Positions 50,369-61,599 of a stretch of 64,000 bases of DNA are shown here, in pieces; position 1 is the stretch's first letter, and each line of letters opens with the position of its first letter. The notes beneath the pieces were generated by a model, which searched no databases, was not told where the DNA came from, and saw only the letters and a program-made list of their open reading frames with translations. Both the position numbers and the translations under genes were made by a program. The DNA is from Gammaproteobacteria bacterium (GTDB lineage Bacteria; Pseudomonadota; Gammaproteobacteria; Acidiferrobacterales; SPGG2): positions 6,995 to 70,994 of the forward strand of contig JAOTYM010000004.1 of the NCBI GenBank assembly GCA_029861845.1, written 5' to 3'.

Positions 50369-51076
50369 ATGCAGCGATTGTGTTCACTATCAACACTAGT
50401 ATTGACCGCCATGTTTCTGGTTGCCGGCCCCGTGTCGGCAAGCGGAAATGATGGGTCGGTCAAATATGACGTCACGATTACTAACCTAACGCGGGGTCAG
50501 ACATTTACGCCTATCCTTGTAGCGAGTCACAAAAAGGGTGTGAAGCTATTCGAGGTCGGATCGGAGGCCAGCGAGCAATTGGCGCTATTGGCCGAGGACG
50601 GTGCTACCCAGCCGCTCTCAGATCTGCTTCTTGACTCCGGCCGCGTCTTCGAGGTAACCAACTCTGGCGGTCTGCTTTTGCCAGGTGAGAGCGTAACGAT
50701 CGCCATCAAAACTCGCGGCCAATTCAATCGCATCTCTATGGCGGCGATGTTGATTCCGACCAATGACGGGTTCTTCTCGATTCAAGGGGCTAGGGCATGG
50801 CCGGGTAACAGCGCTCGCGTCCTCTTTTCTCCTGCCTACGATGCCGGTAGCGAGCCCAATGACGAGTTGTGCGAGAACATTCCGGGACCTGTATGTGGCG
50901 GTGTTGGCGCCTCGCCGGGCGCAGGTGGTGAGGGCTACGTGCACATCCATGCTGGTGTTCACGGTATCAGCGGCCTGGCGGAGCCCCTGACCCCAGATGC
51001 AACTGGGGGCCTAAATCCGGCAGAGCGCGACTGGCGTAACCCAGTTGCCAAAATAACGATTCAGCGCAGCAAGTAA
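50369..51076 (+). CDS. secreted Spondin_N-domain protein
   Basis: signal peptide; ITNLT.GQ.FTP, LAEDG, AMLIPTNDGF, YDAGSE.NDE; AAGGAG RBS. Confidence 0.8.
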   Translation: MQRLCSLSTLVLTAMFLVAGPVSASGNDGSVKYDVTITNLTRGQTFTPILVASHKKGVKLFEVGSEASEQLALLAEDGATQPLSDLLLDSGRVFEVTNSGGLLLPGESVTIAIKTRGQFNRISMAAMLIPTNDGFFSIQGARAWPGNSARVLFSPAYDAGSEPNDELCENIPGPVCGGVGASPGAGGEGYVHIHAGVHGISGLAEPLTPDATGGLNPAERDWRNPVAKITIQRSK

Positions 51077-51116
51077 ACGCACTCGCCTTTGTGGGTGCCG
51101 CGGTCGGATTAATTCA

Positions 51117-51158
51117 GCTGCGGCTCGGCGCTACGCGCACGGCCGCAGCCTTTTCTTT
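51117..51158 (+). terminator. intrinsic terminator after the spondin gene
   Basis: gctgcggc...gccgcagc stem followed by ttttcttt. Confidence 0.55.
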
Positions 51159-51295
51159 CGCGAGACACTGCCGCGCTGAATGCCAATAGGTAGGACGTTG
51201 TACAATAAGGGCGATATACTTGTAAGTACTTTACAATCCGGGAACCATGTAGGTGATCGAGGTCGGGATAATCGTGACTGATAGAAGGACGGAAG

Positions 51296-52273
51296 ATGTT
51301 GCTCATAAAGCAAGCACCGGATATTAAGAATTCCGAAATTACCGACAAGAAGTTTTTTGATCGACGACGGCAGTTCTTGCAGACCGCGGCGACCGCGGTG
51401 GCCACCACCATGGTTGCCCCGGGCCTGCTAGTTCCGGATACAACTCATGCCGGTGAGAAACTCCAGAACGTAGGCAAGTCTTCCTACCAGCTTGATGAGA
51501 AACTCACCACGTACGCAGACATCACGAGCTACAATAACTTCTACGAGTTCGGCACCGACAAGCGTTCACCGGCGAAACTCGCCCACAAGATGAAAACCCG
51601 GCCCTGGACTATCACCGTAGAAGGTGAGATCGCCAAACCCGGCAACTATGATATCGACGATTTCATAAAGCCCCATACGCTGGAAGAGCGCGTCTATCGA
51701 CTGCGTTGTGTCGAGGCTTGGTCTATGATTATCCCGTGGGTAGGTTTTCCGCTGGCCGATGTCATCAAGCGTTTTGAGCCGAACTCGCGGGCCAAATACG
51801 TCCAGTTCGTCACACTTTATAACCCTGAGCAAATGCCTGGCCAAGTCAAAGGTCTGTTTGGCGGTGGTTTGGACTGGCCCTATGTCGAGGGCTTGCGTAT
51901 GAACGAGGCCCTGCACCCACTGACCATATTCGCGGTCGGCCTTTATGGTGAAGTATTACCGAATCAGAATGGCGCACCGATACGCTTGGTGGTGCCATGG
52001 AAATACGGTTTCAAGAGCATAAAGTCCATCGTTAAAATGCGGTTTGTAGAGGAACAACCGCCAACCACCTGGAACAAGGCGGCGCCGCGGGAGTATGGTT
52101 TTTATTCCAACGTAAATCCCAAGGTTGATCATCCGCGCTGGAGCCAGAGCCACGAACGGCGTATTGGCGAAGACAACCTGTTTTCTCCCAAACGCCCAAC
52201 CCCGATGTTCAATGGTTACGCTGATCAGGTAGCCAGTCTTTATGCTGGCATGGATTTAGAAAAGAACTACTAG
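51296..52273 (+). CDS. msrP: protein-methionine-sulfoxide reductase catalytic subunit
   Basis: Tat signal [40 protein letters not shown]. Confidence 0.95.
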   Translation: MLLIKQAPDIKNSEITDKKFFDRRRQFLQTAATAVATTMVAPGLLVPDTTHAGEKLQNVGKSSYQLDEKLTTYADITSYNNFYEFGTDKRSPAKLAHKMKTRPWTITVEGEIAKPGNYDIDDFIKPHTLEERVYRLRCVEAWSMIIPWVGFPLADVIKRFEPNSRAKYVQFVTLYNPEQMPGQVKGLFGGGLDWPYVEGLRMNEALHPLTIFAVGLYGEVLPNQNGAPIRLVVPWKYGFKSIKSIVKMRFVEEQPPTTWNKAAPREYGFYSNVNPKVDHPRWSQSHERRIGEDNLFSPKRPTPMFNGYADQVASLYAGMDLEKNY

Positions 52274-52290
52274 ACTAGCGGCTGAAGTCC

Positions 52291-52914
52291 ATGACCCAGA
52301 TCCAGTGGATCCGGTGGATAGCGAAGCCGGTTCTTTTTGTCTTGTGTTTAGCACCATTGGCGTGGCTAGTATGGGATGGTGTGACCAACAACCTCGGTGC
52401 CAATCCGGTGGAGACGGTTCGGCGCTATACCGGTGATTGGACATTGCGGTTTCTGCTTATTGCTCTCACCGTTACGCCGTTGCGTCGGCTAACCGGTTGG
52501 CATGTCGTGATTCGTCTGCGGCGTATGTTGGGTCTTTTCGCATTCCTCTACGCCTGCTTGCATTTCGTAAGCTATATCTGGCTCGATCAGTTCTTCATGT
52601 GGGACGCGATTATCGAAGATATCCTTGACCGACCCTACATCACGGTAGGGGTGGCCAGTTTCTTATTGCTCATCCCGCTTGCGGTAACATCCACTAATGG
52701 TATGGTCCGACGACTAGGGGGGCGACGCTGGCAGCGGCTGCACCAGCTGGTGTACGTGATCGCCGTTTTGGGCGTGATCCATTTTTTATGGCTCGTCAAA
52801 AGTGATATCTCTGAGCCGGTCATTTATGGCGCCATACTGGCCTTGTTGCTCGGCTTTCGATTGTTTTGGCACCTGCGTGGCCGGTCTCGGCAGCCGGCCG
52901 GCGCTAGCGGCTAA
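52291..52914 (+). CDS. msrQ: protein-methionine-sulfoxide reductase heme-binding subunit
   Basis: LGANPV, RRMLGL, LH, TSTN, WQRLHQLVY. Confidence 0.93.
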   Translation: MTQIQWIRWIAKPVLFVLCLAPLAWLVWDGVTNNLGANPVETVRRYTGDWTLRFLLIALTVTPLRRLTGWHVVIRLRRMLGLFAFLYACLHFVSYIWLDQFFMWDAIIEDILDRPYITVGVASFLLLIPLAVTSTNGMVRRLGGRRWQRLHQLVYVIAVLGVIHFLWLVKSDISEPVIYGAILALLLGFRLFWHLRGRSRQPAGASG

Positions 52915-52965
52915 CACCGGCATTTAACCCCTCAAAAGTTATTGGTTACAATGTATTGGGCCGGC

Positions 52966-52994
52966 CTTGAATTTGATCGGGATTGTCACCATCT
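52966..52994 (+). promoter_or_regulatory. sigma32 promoter of hslVU
   Basis: CTTGAAT-N14-CACCATCT. Confidence 0.7.
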
Positions 52995-53027
52995 TAGCTT
53001 CTCCCCGGGTTCGCACGAGAATATAGC

Positions 53028-53567
53028 TTGTTACAGGATTTGAAGGGCACCACCATCGTCTGCGTCCGCAAGGGCGATTCTGTCGTCATTGGCGGTGATG
53101 GCCAGGTGTCTCTGGGTAATACCATTATGAAGGCCAACGCCCGTAAGGTGCGGCGCCTATATAAGGATCAGGTTATCGTTGGTTTCGCGGGTGGTACGGC
53201 CGATGCGCTTACGCTGTTTGAGAAGTTCGAAGGCAAGCTCGAGCAACACCAGGGACAATTGGTGCGGGCAGCGGTGGAGCTGGCCAAGGACTGGCGCACC
53301 GATCGACTATTGCGCCGTTTAGAAGCGCTACTCGCAGTGGCCGACACCACGGCCTCGTTGATTATCTCCGGCACTGGCGATGTCATTGAGCCGGAGCGCG
53401 GGTTAATCGCGATCGGCTCGGGCGGACCCTATGCGCAGGCCGCCGCGTCGGCGTTACTCGAGAATACCGACCTTGATGCACGCACCATCGTCGAAAAGAG
53501 CTTGGCAATCGCATCCGACATTTGTGTTTTTACCAATACCCAGGTAACGATCGAGGAGTTGGGCTGA
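53028..53567 (+). CDS. hslV: ATP-dependent protease subunit HslV
   Basis: TTIV N-terminal Thr, [18 protein letters not shown]. Confidence 0.96.
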   Translation: MLQDLKGTTIVCVRKGDSVVIGGDGQVSLGNTIMKANARKVRRLYKDQVIVGFAGGTADALTLFEKFEGKLEQHQGQLVRAAVELAKDWRTDRLLRRLEALLAVADTTASLIISGTGDVIEPERGLIAIGSGGPYAQAAASALLENTDLDARTIVEKSLAIASDICVFTNTQVTIEELG

Positions 53568-53570
53568 GCT

Positions 53571-54926
53571 ATGTCGTCAACGTCCGAAATGACCCCGCGC
53601 GAGATCGTTCAGGAGCTGGACAAGCATATCGTTGGTCAGAACGCCGCCAAACGTGCGGTGGCGATCGCGCTGCGCAATCGCTGGCGACGCGCGCAGGTCG
53701 AAGATGAAGAGCTGCGCAGCGAAATTATGCCCAAGAATATCTTGATGATCGGGCCGACCGGGGTGGGCAAGACAGAAATCGCACGTCGCCTGGCACGGCT
53801 TGCGAACGCCCCGTTTATCAAAGTAGAGGCGACAAAGTTTACCGAGATTGGCTACGTTGGCCGCGAGGTAGATTCGATTATACGTGATCTTGTAGACATG
53901 GCGGTCAAGATGACGCGTATGGAAGAGGTGGATAAAGTCCATCAGCGGGCCGAAGACGCGGCGGAAGACCGGATTTTGGACATCCTGCTGCCGCCGGCAC
54001 GCGAGATCGGGTTTGCGGTTGGGGCCGAGAATGAAACCGCTCCCAACGATACGGCGGCGCGGCAACGTTACCGAAAGAAGCTGCGCGAAGGCGACTTGGA
54101 TGACCAGGGAATAGAAGTCGAGCTCAGCATGCCGAACGTCGGCGTAGAGATTATCGCGCCACCGGGTATGGAGGAGATGACAAGCCAACTCCAAGGGCTG
54201 TTTCAGAACATGGGCGGGCGTAAAACGCGCGCACGTCAACTAAAGATTAAAGAGGCCAAGAAACTTCTGGTTGAGGAAGAGGCCGCGCGCATGATCAACG
54301 AGGATGACATCAAGGTGCGGGCGGTAGAGCGCGCCGAGCAGCATGGCATTGTCTTTCTAGATGAGCTCGACAAAATTGTCGGTCGCTCCGAAGTGCGCGG
54401 TCCCGATGTCTCGCGTGAGGGCGTGCAACGCGATCTGTTGCCGTTGGTCGAAGGTTGCACGGTCTCGACCAAGTACGGCATGGTCAAGACGGATCACATA
54501 TTGTTTATTGCCTCCGGTGCGTTTCACTTGGTTAAGCCATCCGATCTCGTTCCCGAATTGCAGGGTCGCTTACCGATTCGAGTCGAGCTCGATGCGCTTA
54601 CCACCGAAGACTTTGTGCGCATACTGACCGAACCTGATGCCTCGCTCACCGAACAATATGCGGCATTAATGGCGGCTGATGGCCTCGAGCTCAGCTTCGC
54701 CGAGGACGGTGTACGTCGTACGGCTGAAGTGGCGTGGGAGGTCAACGAAAAAACCGAAAATATCGGTGCCCGCCGATTGCATACAGTGATGGAGCGTTTG
54801 TTGGAAACGATCTCGTTTGAAGCGGCCGACCGATCTGGTCAAAGCGTCACCGTAGATCGCGCGTATGTGGACGACCATTTAGCAGACCTGGTTGGCAACG
54901 AGGATCTCGCCCGCTACATCCTTTAA
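53571..54926 (+). CDS. hslU: ATP-dependent protease ATPase subunit HslU
   Basis: [26 protein letters not shown]-terminal RYIL. Confidence 0.97.
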   Translation: MSSTSEMTPREIVQELDKHIVGQNAAKRAVAIALRNRWRRAQVEDEELRSEIMPKNILMIGPTGVGKTEIARRLARLANAPFIKVEATKFTEIGYVGREVDSIIRDLVDMAVKMTRMEEVDKVHQRAEDAAEDRILDILLPPAREIGFAVGAENETAPNDTAARQRYRKKLREGDLDDQGIEVELSMPNVGVEIIAPPGMEEMTSQLQGLFQNMGGRKTRARQLKIKEAKKLLVEEEAARMINEDDIKVRAVERAEQHGIVFLDELDKIVGRSEVRGPDVSREGVQRDLLPLVEGCTVSTKYGMVKTDHILFIASGAFHLVKPSDLVPELQGRLPIRVELDALTTEDFVRILTEPDASLTEQYAALMAADGLELSFAEDGVRRTAEVAWEVNEKTENIGARRLHTVMERLLETISFEAADRSGQSVTVDRAYVDDHLADLVGNEDLARYIL

Positions 54927-54951
54927 GGTTTCGATTATTTCGGCCGTAGCA

Positions 54952-54980
54952 CTTGAAACCTGAGGCCGGTATCCCCATAT
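54952..54980 (+). promoter_or_regulatory. sigma32 promoter of hsp20
   Basis: CTTGAAA-N14-CCCCATAT, consensus match. Confidence 0.85.
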
Positions 54981-55059
54981 AAAAACATCGGTGCACTTGA
55001 GCTGGCATGGATCGGCCGTTTGCACGCGGGTGTTATCAATTAATTCAGGAGGTTTTGAG

Positions 55060-56624
<1,565 letters not shown>

Positions 56625-56638
56625 GGTGGCTAGCACCA

Positions 56639-57151
56639 ATGTGGGAATATCGAGGCCAGAAACGACCGCCTTTTGCTGAGCCGGTTGGGGCCGGTCAGGA
56701 ATCAGTCTGGGATTTCCCCAGACCGCCAAAAGCGGTGCCGTGTAACCGTACAGTTGAAGTGAGCCACAACGGCATCGTGATCGGGCGCTCCACTAAGACC
56801 TATCGAGTATTGGAAACTGCAAGTCCGCCTACCTTTTACCTACCGGCGAACGATGTCGATTGGCCACAGCTGGTAAAGGCGCCAGGGAGTTCTTTGTGTG
56901 AGTGGAAAGGCTTAGCAGCGTATTGGGCGCTGACTTTAGACCCGAGCGGCGCACCGGTGGCGTGGAGTTATGGCGATCCGCACCAGGAATTTGAGATGCT
57001 TCGCGCCCATGCTTCATTCTATCCAGGGCGCGTAGCTTGTTACGTAGACGGGGAGCGAGTGCGTCCTCAGCCTGGCGAATTCTATGGAGGCTGGGTAACG
57101 AGTGAGTTAGTGGGCCCGTTTAAGGGCGCCGCGGGTAGTCAACATTGGTGA
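56639..57151 (+). CDS. DUF427 family protein
   Basis: ESVWDFPRPP, VLETASPP, SLCEWKG, GPFKG. Confidence 0.85.
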   Translation: MWEYRGQKRPPFAEPVGAGQESVWDFPRPPKAVPCNRTVEVSHNGIVIGRSTKTYRVLETASPPTFYLPANDVDWPQLVKAPGSSLCEWKGLAAYWALTLDPSGAPVAWSYGDPHQEFEMLRAHASFYPGRVACYVDGERVRPQPGEFYGGWVTSELVGPFKGAAGSQHW

Positions 57152-57783
57152 CGGAAATACCTGACGATGCCGTCGCTCTGGCAGACTGGCGGAGGCAAGT
57201 GGCTGAGATGTACGCTCGGGTGCGCTGGCAGGCTGGCGAAGACCCAAAGCGTGCCTGCGAAGCGTTCAGGTCCTGGCGCGACGCACTCTTCAAGACCCAT
57301 CCGCAAAGCCCTCTATCTTCGGTTGGGGTCGAAAGGTTCAGTGCCATTGAGTACTTTCCCTACGACCCGCGCTGGCGCCTAATTGGGAGGCTGGAAAGCT
57401 CGGCAAGAGGGCATACTTACTCGCTTGATCTCGAGGACGATGGACTCTTTCGTTACACCCAGATCGGGGTGCTCCGCCTGGAGGCGCTAACCGGCGAAGC
57501 CACGCTAGAGCTGTATTCGCTCGAGGGATATGGTGGTGGGCTCTTCCTCCCATTCCTCGATGGTACAAATGGTGACACGACCTACGGCGGTGGGCGATAT
57601 CTCCTGGATACGATCAAGGGTGCCGACTTGGGGTTAGACCGGGATGGGTTCGTGCTGGATTTCAACTTCGCTTATAACCCCTCATGCGCTTACGATGCGG
57701 GCTGGGTGTGTCCACTGGCACCGCCTCAGAATGGACTTCCCTTTGAGGTGCTGGCAGGCGAGAAGGACTTTCGCCCGTGCTGA
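57145..57783 (+). CDS. DUF1684 family protein
   Basis: HPQSPL, FLDGTNG..TYGGGRYL, DFNFAYNPSCAY..WVCPL. Confidence 0.88.
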   Translation: MVTEIPDDAVALADWRRQVAEMYARVRWQAGEDPKRACEAFRSWRDALFKTHPQSPLSSVGVERFSAIEYFPYDPRWRLIGRLESSARGHTYSLDLEDDGLFRYTQIGVLRLEALTGEATLELYSLEGYGGGLFLPFLDGTNGDTTYGGGRYLLDTIKGADLGLDRDGFVLDFNFAYNPSCAYDAGWVCPLAPPQNGLPFEVLAGEKDFRPC

Positions 57784-57919
57784 AATCCAAAGCTACCGGG
57801 TGATATCACTATAGAATCTAACAAAGGAAAAATATTTATTCCTATCACTTCTATGATAGTTGTTAGCATATCTCTTACTATTTTGATAAGTCTACTTAAA
57901 AGGTAACCTTTCGGTGGAA

Positions 57920-58273
57920 ATGCAAGAACGACTAGGACGTTTCGTATTTTTGACGGAGCATCGGGATGTTGGGAATGATAAAGGCCTGACCATTCGTATT
58001 CTTGGCCCGACTGCGTCATCGCAGCAAGAAGAGGTTTTGCGATTTGATTGTTTTGAAAAACAGCCGCATTACCACGTCGGTTTCTCCGTGCCACCAGTGC
58101 CGATAGAGGCACCCGATCCTTTCCGCTGGACGGTGGAAAAACTTCGTCAAGAGTTTGGCGAATTATTGCGTGATGCCGGTGCATTGTCACTCAATGCAAA
58201 CGAAGAGAATACGTTAGCGGATGTATTGGCGGTCATTGAGAAAACAGCTAATCAAGAGCCTGCTAGGGGCTAG
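57920..58273 (+). CDS. hypothetical protein
   Basis: EVLRFDCFEKQPHYH conserved-looking motif; follows an AT-rich spacer. Confidence 0.6.
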   Translation: MQERLGRFVFLTEHRDVGNDKGLTIRILGPTASSQQEEVLRFDCFEKQPHYHVGFSVPPVPIEAPDPFRWTVEKLRQEFGELLRDAGALSLNANEENTLADVLAVIEKTANQEPARG

Positions 58274-58282
58274 AATCCACAT

Positions 58283-58747
58283 ATGGAGTACAGCATTCGG
58301 GTAGCCTTACCAAGCGATGGTGAGGCCATGCGATCTCTGCTTCCTCGTCTTGCGTCGTTTGACATACCGGCCCGGCGATCAGCCGAGGACTTATGGCGCG
58401 GGGACGAGCAAAGTTTACAAGCGTGGCTAGATGGTGAAGCGCCGGATTGTCTGGCCCACGTCGCGGTAGATTCGAACAATGCTGTGCTGGGTTTGAGTCT
58501 CATTCGCTTACGTGAGGAAATGTTGAGCCACGGGCCAAGTGCACACTTGGAAGTGTTAGCGGTCGCTCGTGAAGCGGAAGGGAAGGGCATTGGCCGAGCG
58601 CTGATTGTGACAGCAGAAGATGCAGCCCAAGAGCGCGGCGCATGGACCATAACGTTGCACGTGTTCGCGAACAACACCCGCGCACGCTACCTCTATGAAG
58701 AACTGGGCTATTCAGGTGAAATTATCCGCTACATAAAAGACCTCTAG
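58283..58747 (+). CDS. GNAT family N-acetyltransferase
   Basis: LAV...EGKGIGRAL, N..ARYLYEELGY. Confidence 0.88.
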   Translation: MEYSIRVALPSDGEAMRSLLPRLASFDIPARRSAEDLWRGDEQSLQAWLDGEAPDCLAHVAVDSNNAVLGLSLIRLREEMLSHGPSAHLEVLAVAREAEGKGIGRALIVTAEDAAQERGAWTITLHVFANNTRARYLYEELGYSGEIIRYIKDL

Positions 58748-59012
58748 TCACAAAATCCACGTAATTTTCAAATGTTATACTTAGCGATTGAGCGATTCAT
58801 TTTTGAGCGTCGGTGTACGGTGATCGATTGCTCTGTTTTGAGTGGTTCTTGGTACAATTTTTTGCTGGACCTTCCGATACGGGTTAGGATCTTCGGCACT
58901 TATAAGGATGCCGTTGATTTGGTGCCGAACTGCGGATTTCCAGGTACAAACGAAAACAGACTAACCGAAATGCCGATCTTTAAGGATGTTTACGATCGGG
59001 GCTATGGCTAGA

Positions 59013-59348
59013 ATGAAACCAGTCATCACGATTTGTGCGATCGCGTTATCTGGCGTCGCGCACGCGTGGCACGGTGAGCCACCGGACGATCCGCTCGTGC
59101 GTGTCCACTACGACTACGAGGTAGTGCAATACTGTAGCCTCGCAAACGACAAAATCATCACCGGATTCCGAAAGCAATTGGCATCGATTGTTGCCGAAAC
59201 CGGTGCAAGCAGCGATGCCATCGAAGCCGCCCGCTCCATCGCATGGAAAGCTGCGCACCTCGAATGGCAAAATCGGGGGCTTGGTGGGTTTCGTCGGTGG
59301 TGTAACAATGAGGGACGACAAGCTGCTAAGCGGTTTGGCGGCGCGTGA
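59013..59348 (+). CDS. hypothetical secreted protein
   Basis: signal peptide ending AHA; two Cys; EWQNRGLGGFRRWC. Confidence 0.6.
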   Translation: MKPVITICAIALSGVAHAWHGEPPDDPLVRVHYDYEVVQYCSLANDKIITGFRKQLASIVAETGASSDAIEAARSIAWKAAHLEWQNRGLGGFRRWCNNEGRQAAKRFGGA

Positions 59349-59429
59349 AGCCGCGAACACGACGCAAAGCCTTAGGTCGCACAACCGCAAAACACGAGAC
59401 GTCTGCGCCTACGTTCGAGGGTGGGAGAA

Positions 59430-60260
59430 ATGACAGATGTAAGGCTATCGGTTGAGCAGCACTATGGTGTAGACGGGATTCTGCAAGCGATTCTGAAAGC
59501 GCTTGAGGCGATGGGTAAGGACATAGAGCAGCTTTCACCCGCCGATTTAGCGCCGGTAGACGAATTCCACATCCGTGGCCGTGAAGCGACCGTGGAGCTG
59601 GCCAACCGTGCGAACCTATCGCCGGGCCGTCGGGTGCTGGATGTGGGTTGTGGGCTCGGTGGTTCTGTGAGGTATCTCGCAACGGAGCACAAATGCCAGG
59701 CGACAGGTATCGACTTAGTGGCGGAATACATCGAGATCGCAACGGCCTTGGCGGAGCGGGTCGGGCTCAGCAACGTTGTTGAATTCCGGCAAGCGAATGC
59801 ACTGGCATTGCCATTCGATGCTGGCTCATTGGACGTCGCCTGGACGGAGCATGCGCAGATGAACATCTCGGACAAGGCAGGATTTTACGGAGAAATCGCG
59901 CGCGTCCTAAAGCCAGGTGGGCGTCTGGTTTTTCACGATATCTTTGCTGGTGACGGCGGTGAGCCACATTTTCCCGTACCGTGGGCTGAGAAAAGCACGA
60001 TTAGTTTCTTGGAAAAACCGGCATCCTTGCGCGCAATCCTTGATAAGGCTGGGTTGAAAACTTCGGAGTGGGAAGAAAAGAGTCAGCATTCACTTGAGTG
60101 GTTTGAAGCAGTCATTGAGAAAACGAAGGAATCCGGTCCGCCACCCCTGGGACTCCATTTGTTGATGCGCGAAACCGCCCAATCCAAGTTCGAAAATGTC
60201 ATCCGCAATCTACGGGAAAACCGTATTGTTGTAGTTCAGGTCGTGGCTGAGAAGGCATAA
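59430..60260 (+). CDS. class I SAM-dependent methyltransferase
   Basis: DEFHIRG, VLDVGCGLGG, ALPFD, RVLKPGG. Confidence 0.88.
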   Translation: MTDVRLSVEQHYGVDGILQAILKALEAMGKDIEQLSPADLAPVDEFHIRGREATVELANRANLSPGRRVLDVGCGLGGSVRYLATEHKCQATGIDLVAEYIEIATALAERVGLSNVVEFRQANALALPFDAGSLDVAWTEHAQMNISDKAGFYGEIARVLKPGGRLVFHDIFAGDGGEPHFPVPWAEKSTISFLEKPASLRAILDKAGLKTSEWEEKSQHSLEWFEAVIEKTKESGPPPLGLHLLMRETAQSKFENVIRNLRENRIVVVQVVAEKA

Positions 60261-60455
60261 ACAACCTATAAAACAGCTACATATTGGCATTACCCAGTAC
60301 TGGCCGCGCATCTCCCGCGGCAGGAAAATGGCCGCAGCTACAGGAAAGTCAGGTCCTATTGAGCTAGATTTCAATATAGTCACGTGGGTGACGATCAATA
60401 GATGAAATCTGGTTTCGGCCCCTGTCTGCCGAAGTTTTACTGAAGGGCACTAGTA

Positions 60456-60971
60456 ATGAGTATCACGATCCACTTTGAAGGTACGCTTAAAGACGAAACA
60501 GCCTATGAAGCCGTTGTTTCTGAGGCGAGTAACCTTGCCACGGAAATGAGCTGGCCGGCTCGACCAATTAGTGAGAAAAAGGTCACCTTGCTTCGGGTTA
60601 AGGGCGAAAAAGATTGGGATTACGTTGGCCCTGTTAAAGGAATAGAGATACGACCCCACGAGAATTCGGATCCCCTACGGTTGGTATTTGATAGACAGCT
60701 TTATGTGCAGGAATACATAAAGACCCAATTCGCTCCAGTTGAGATACATGTCGCAGTCTCAGATTTTCTAAAACGGCTTGAACCGTATTTTGAAAGCTTC
60801 AACGTTACCGATGAAGGCGAGTATTACGATACAAATAACCTAAAGAAACTAGAGGACCACATCCAGTGGTGCTACAAAGCCCTGGATCAGTATTTGGACC
60901 AAGAGGATAAATACTACGGTCCGGTCCGCTCGGCGGACGGACGCATTATTGATGTTTTAGAAAAAGACTAA
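60456..60971 (+). CDS. hypothetical protein
   Basis: 171-aa ORF of lower GC; TIHFEG, KTQFAP, DEGEYY. Confidence 0.65.
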   Translation: MSITIHFEGTLKDETAYEAVVSEASNLATEMSWPARPISEKKVTLLRVKGEKDWDYVGPVKGIEIRPHENSDPLRLVFDRQLYVQEYIKTQFAPVEIHVAVSDFLKRLEPYFESFNVTDEGEYYDTNNLKKLEDHIQWCYKALDQYLDQEDKYYGPVRSADGRIIDVLEKD

Positions 60972-61599
60972 TTTCCTCACCCGAACCTCGGGTATTGAAT
61001 AATCACAGCCCAGCACTACCAAGTACAAAAAACAGCGCCGCAAAGACACCCGCATCGGTGGTAAAGCTTAGAGGTCCGCTTGTGGGGATGCGGAAACGAG
61101 ATAGCGTCCAGTTCGTCGCCCACATCGATACCTTATGCAAGGGCGTTAAGCATCTACGCACATAGGTGGCGCGGCGATATCCTGGCGGCGGGACCAAAGA
61201 GGCCACGGTCGCGTACATCGCTGCCTTAACCGCTATCGAAAGACTACCCGCCCAGCGTCGAAGGGCACCAGCTGTGGCCACGCTAACAAACTGTTTGCAG
61301 CTTCTTGTTGAACCGATCACACAGTGACTAAATCGCCCTAGCGATTGAATAGTTCCCTTTCCAAGTTTCCGGCATATCAACCATCTATCTGTGAAACTTC
61401 ACCAATGGTCATTTATCACTGGCTTGCTGGGACAACCAACGTAGACTTTTTATTAATCGGGAACAACATCAGTATTGACGAAGGAATTTACCGGGCCAGA
61501 TTAAGCGGCTTTTTATCGTACGCTTAATCTTTTGGGGGTACTTTAGAGGGATGGAGCGCTCGAACGCACAGCTTGGGGACGGGGTGCGGATGAGACTAT

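Noticed and set aside
53577-54239. 220-aa ORF antisense to hslU (likewise those antisense to argB, metH and ppx)
   Set aside because: Shadow ORFs of conserved GC-rich genes
58772-59011. 79-aa ORF in a spacer
   Set aside because: No RBS or motif and atypical composition; probably non-coding or decayed
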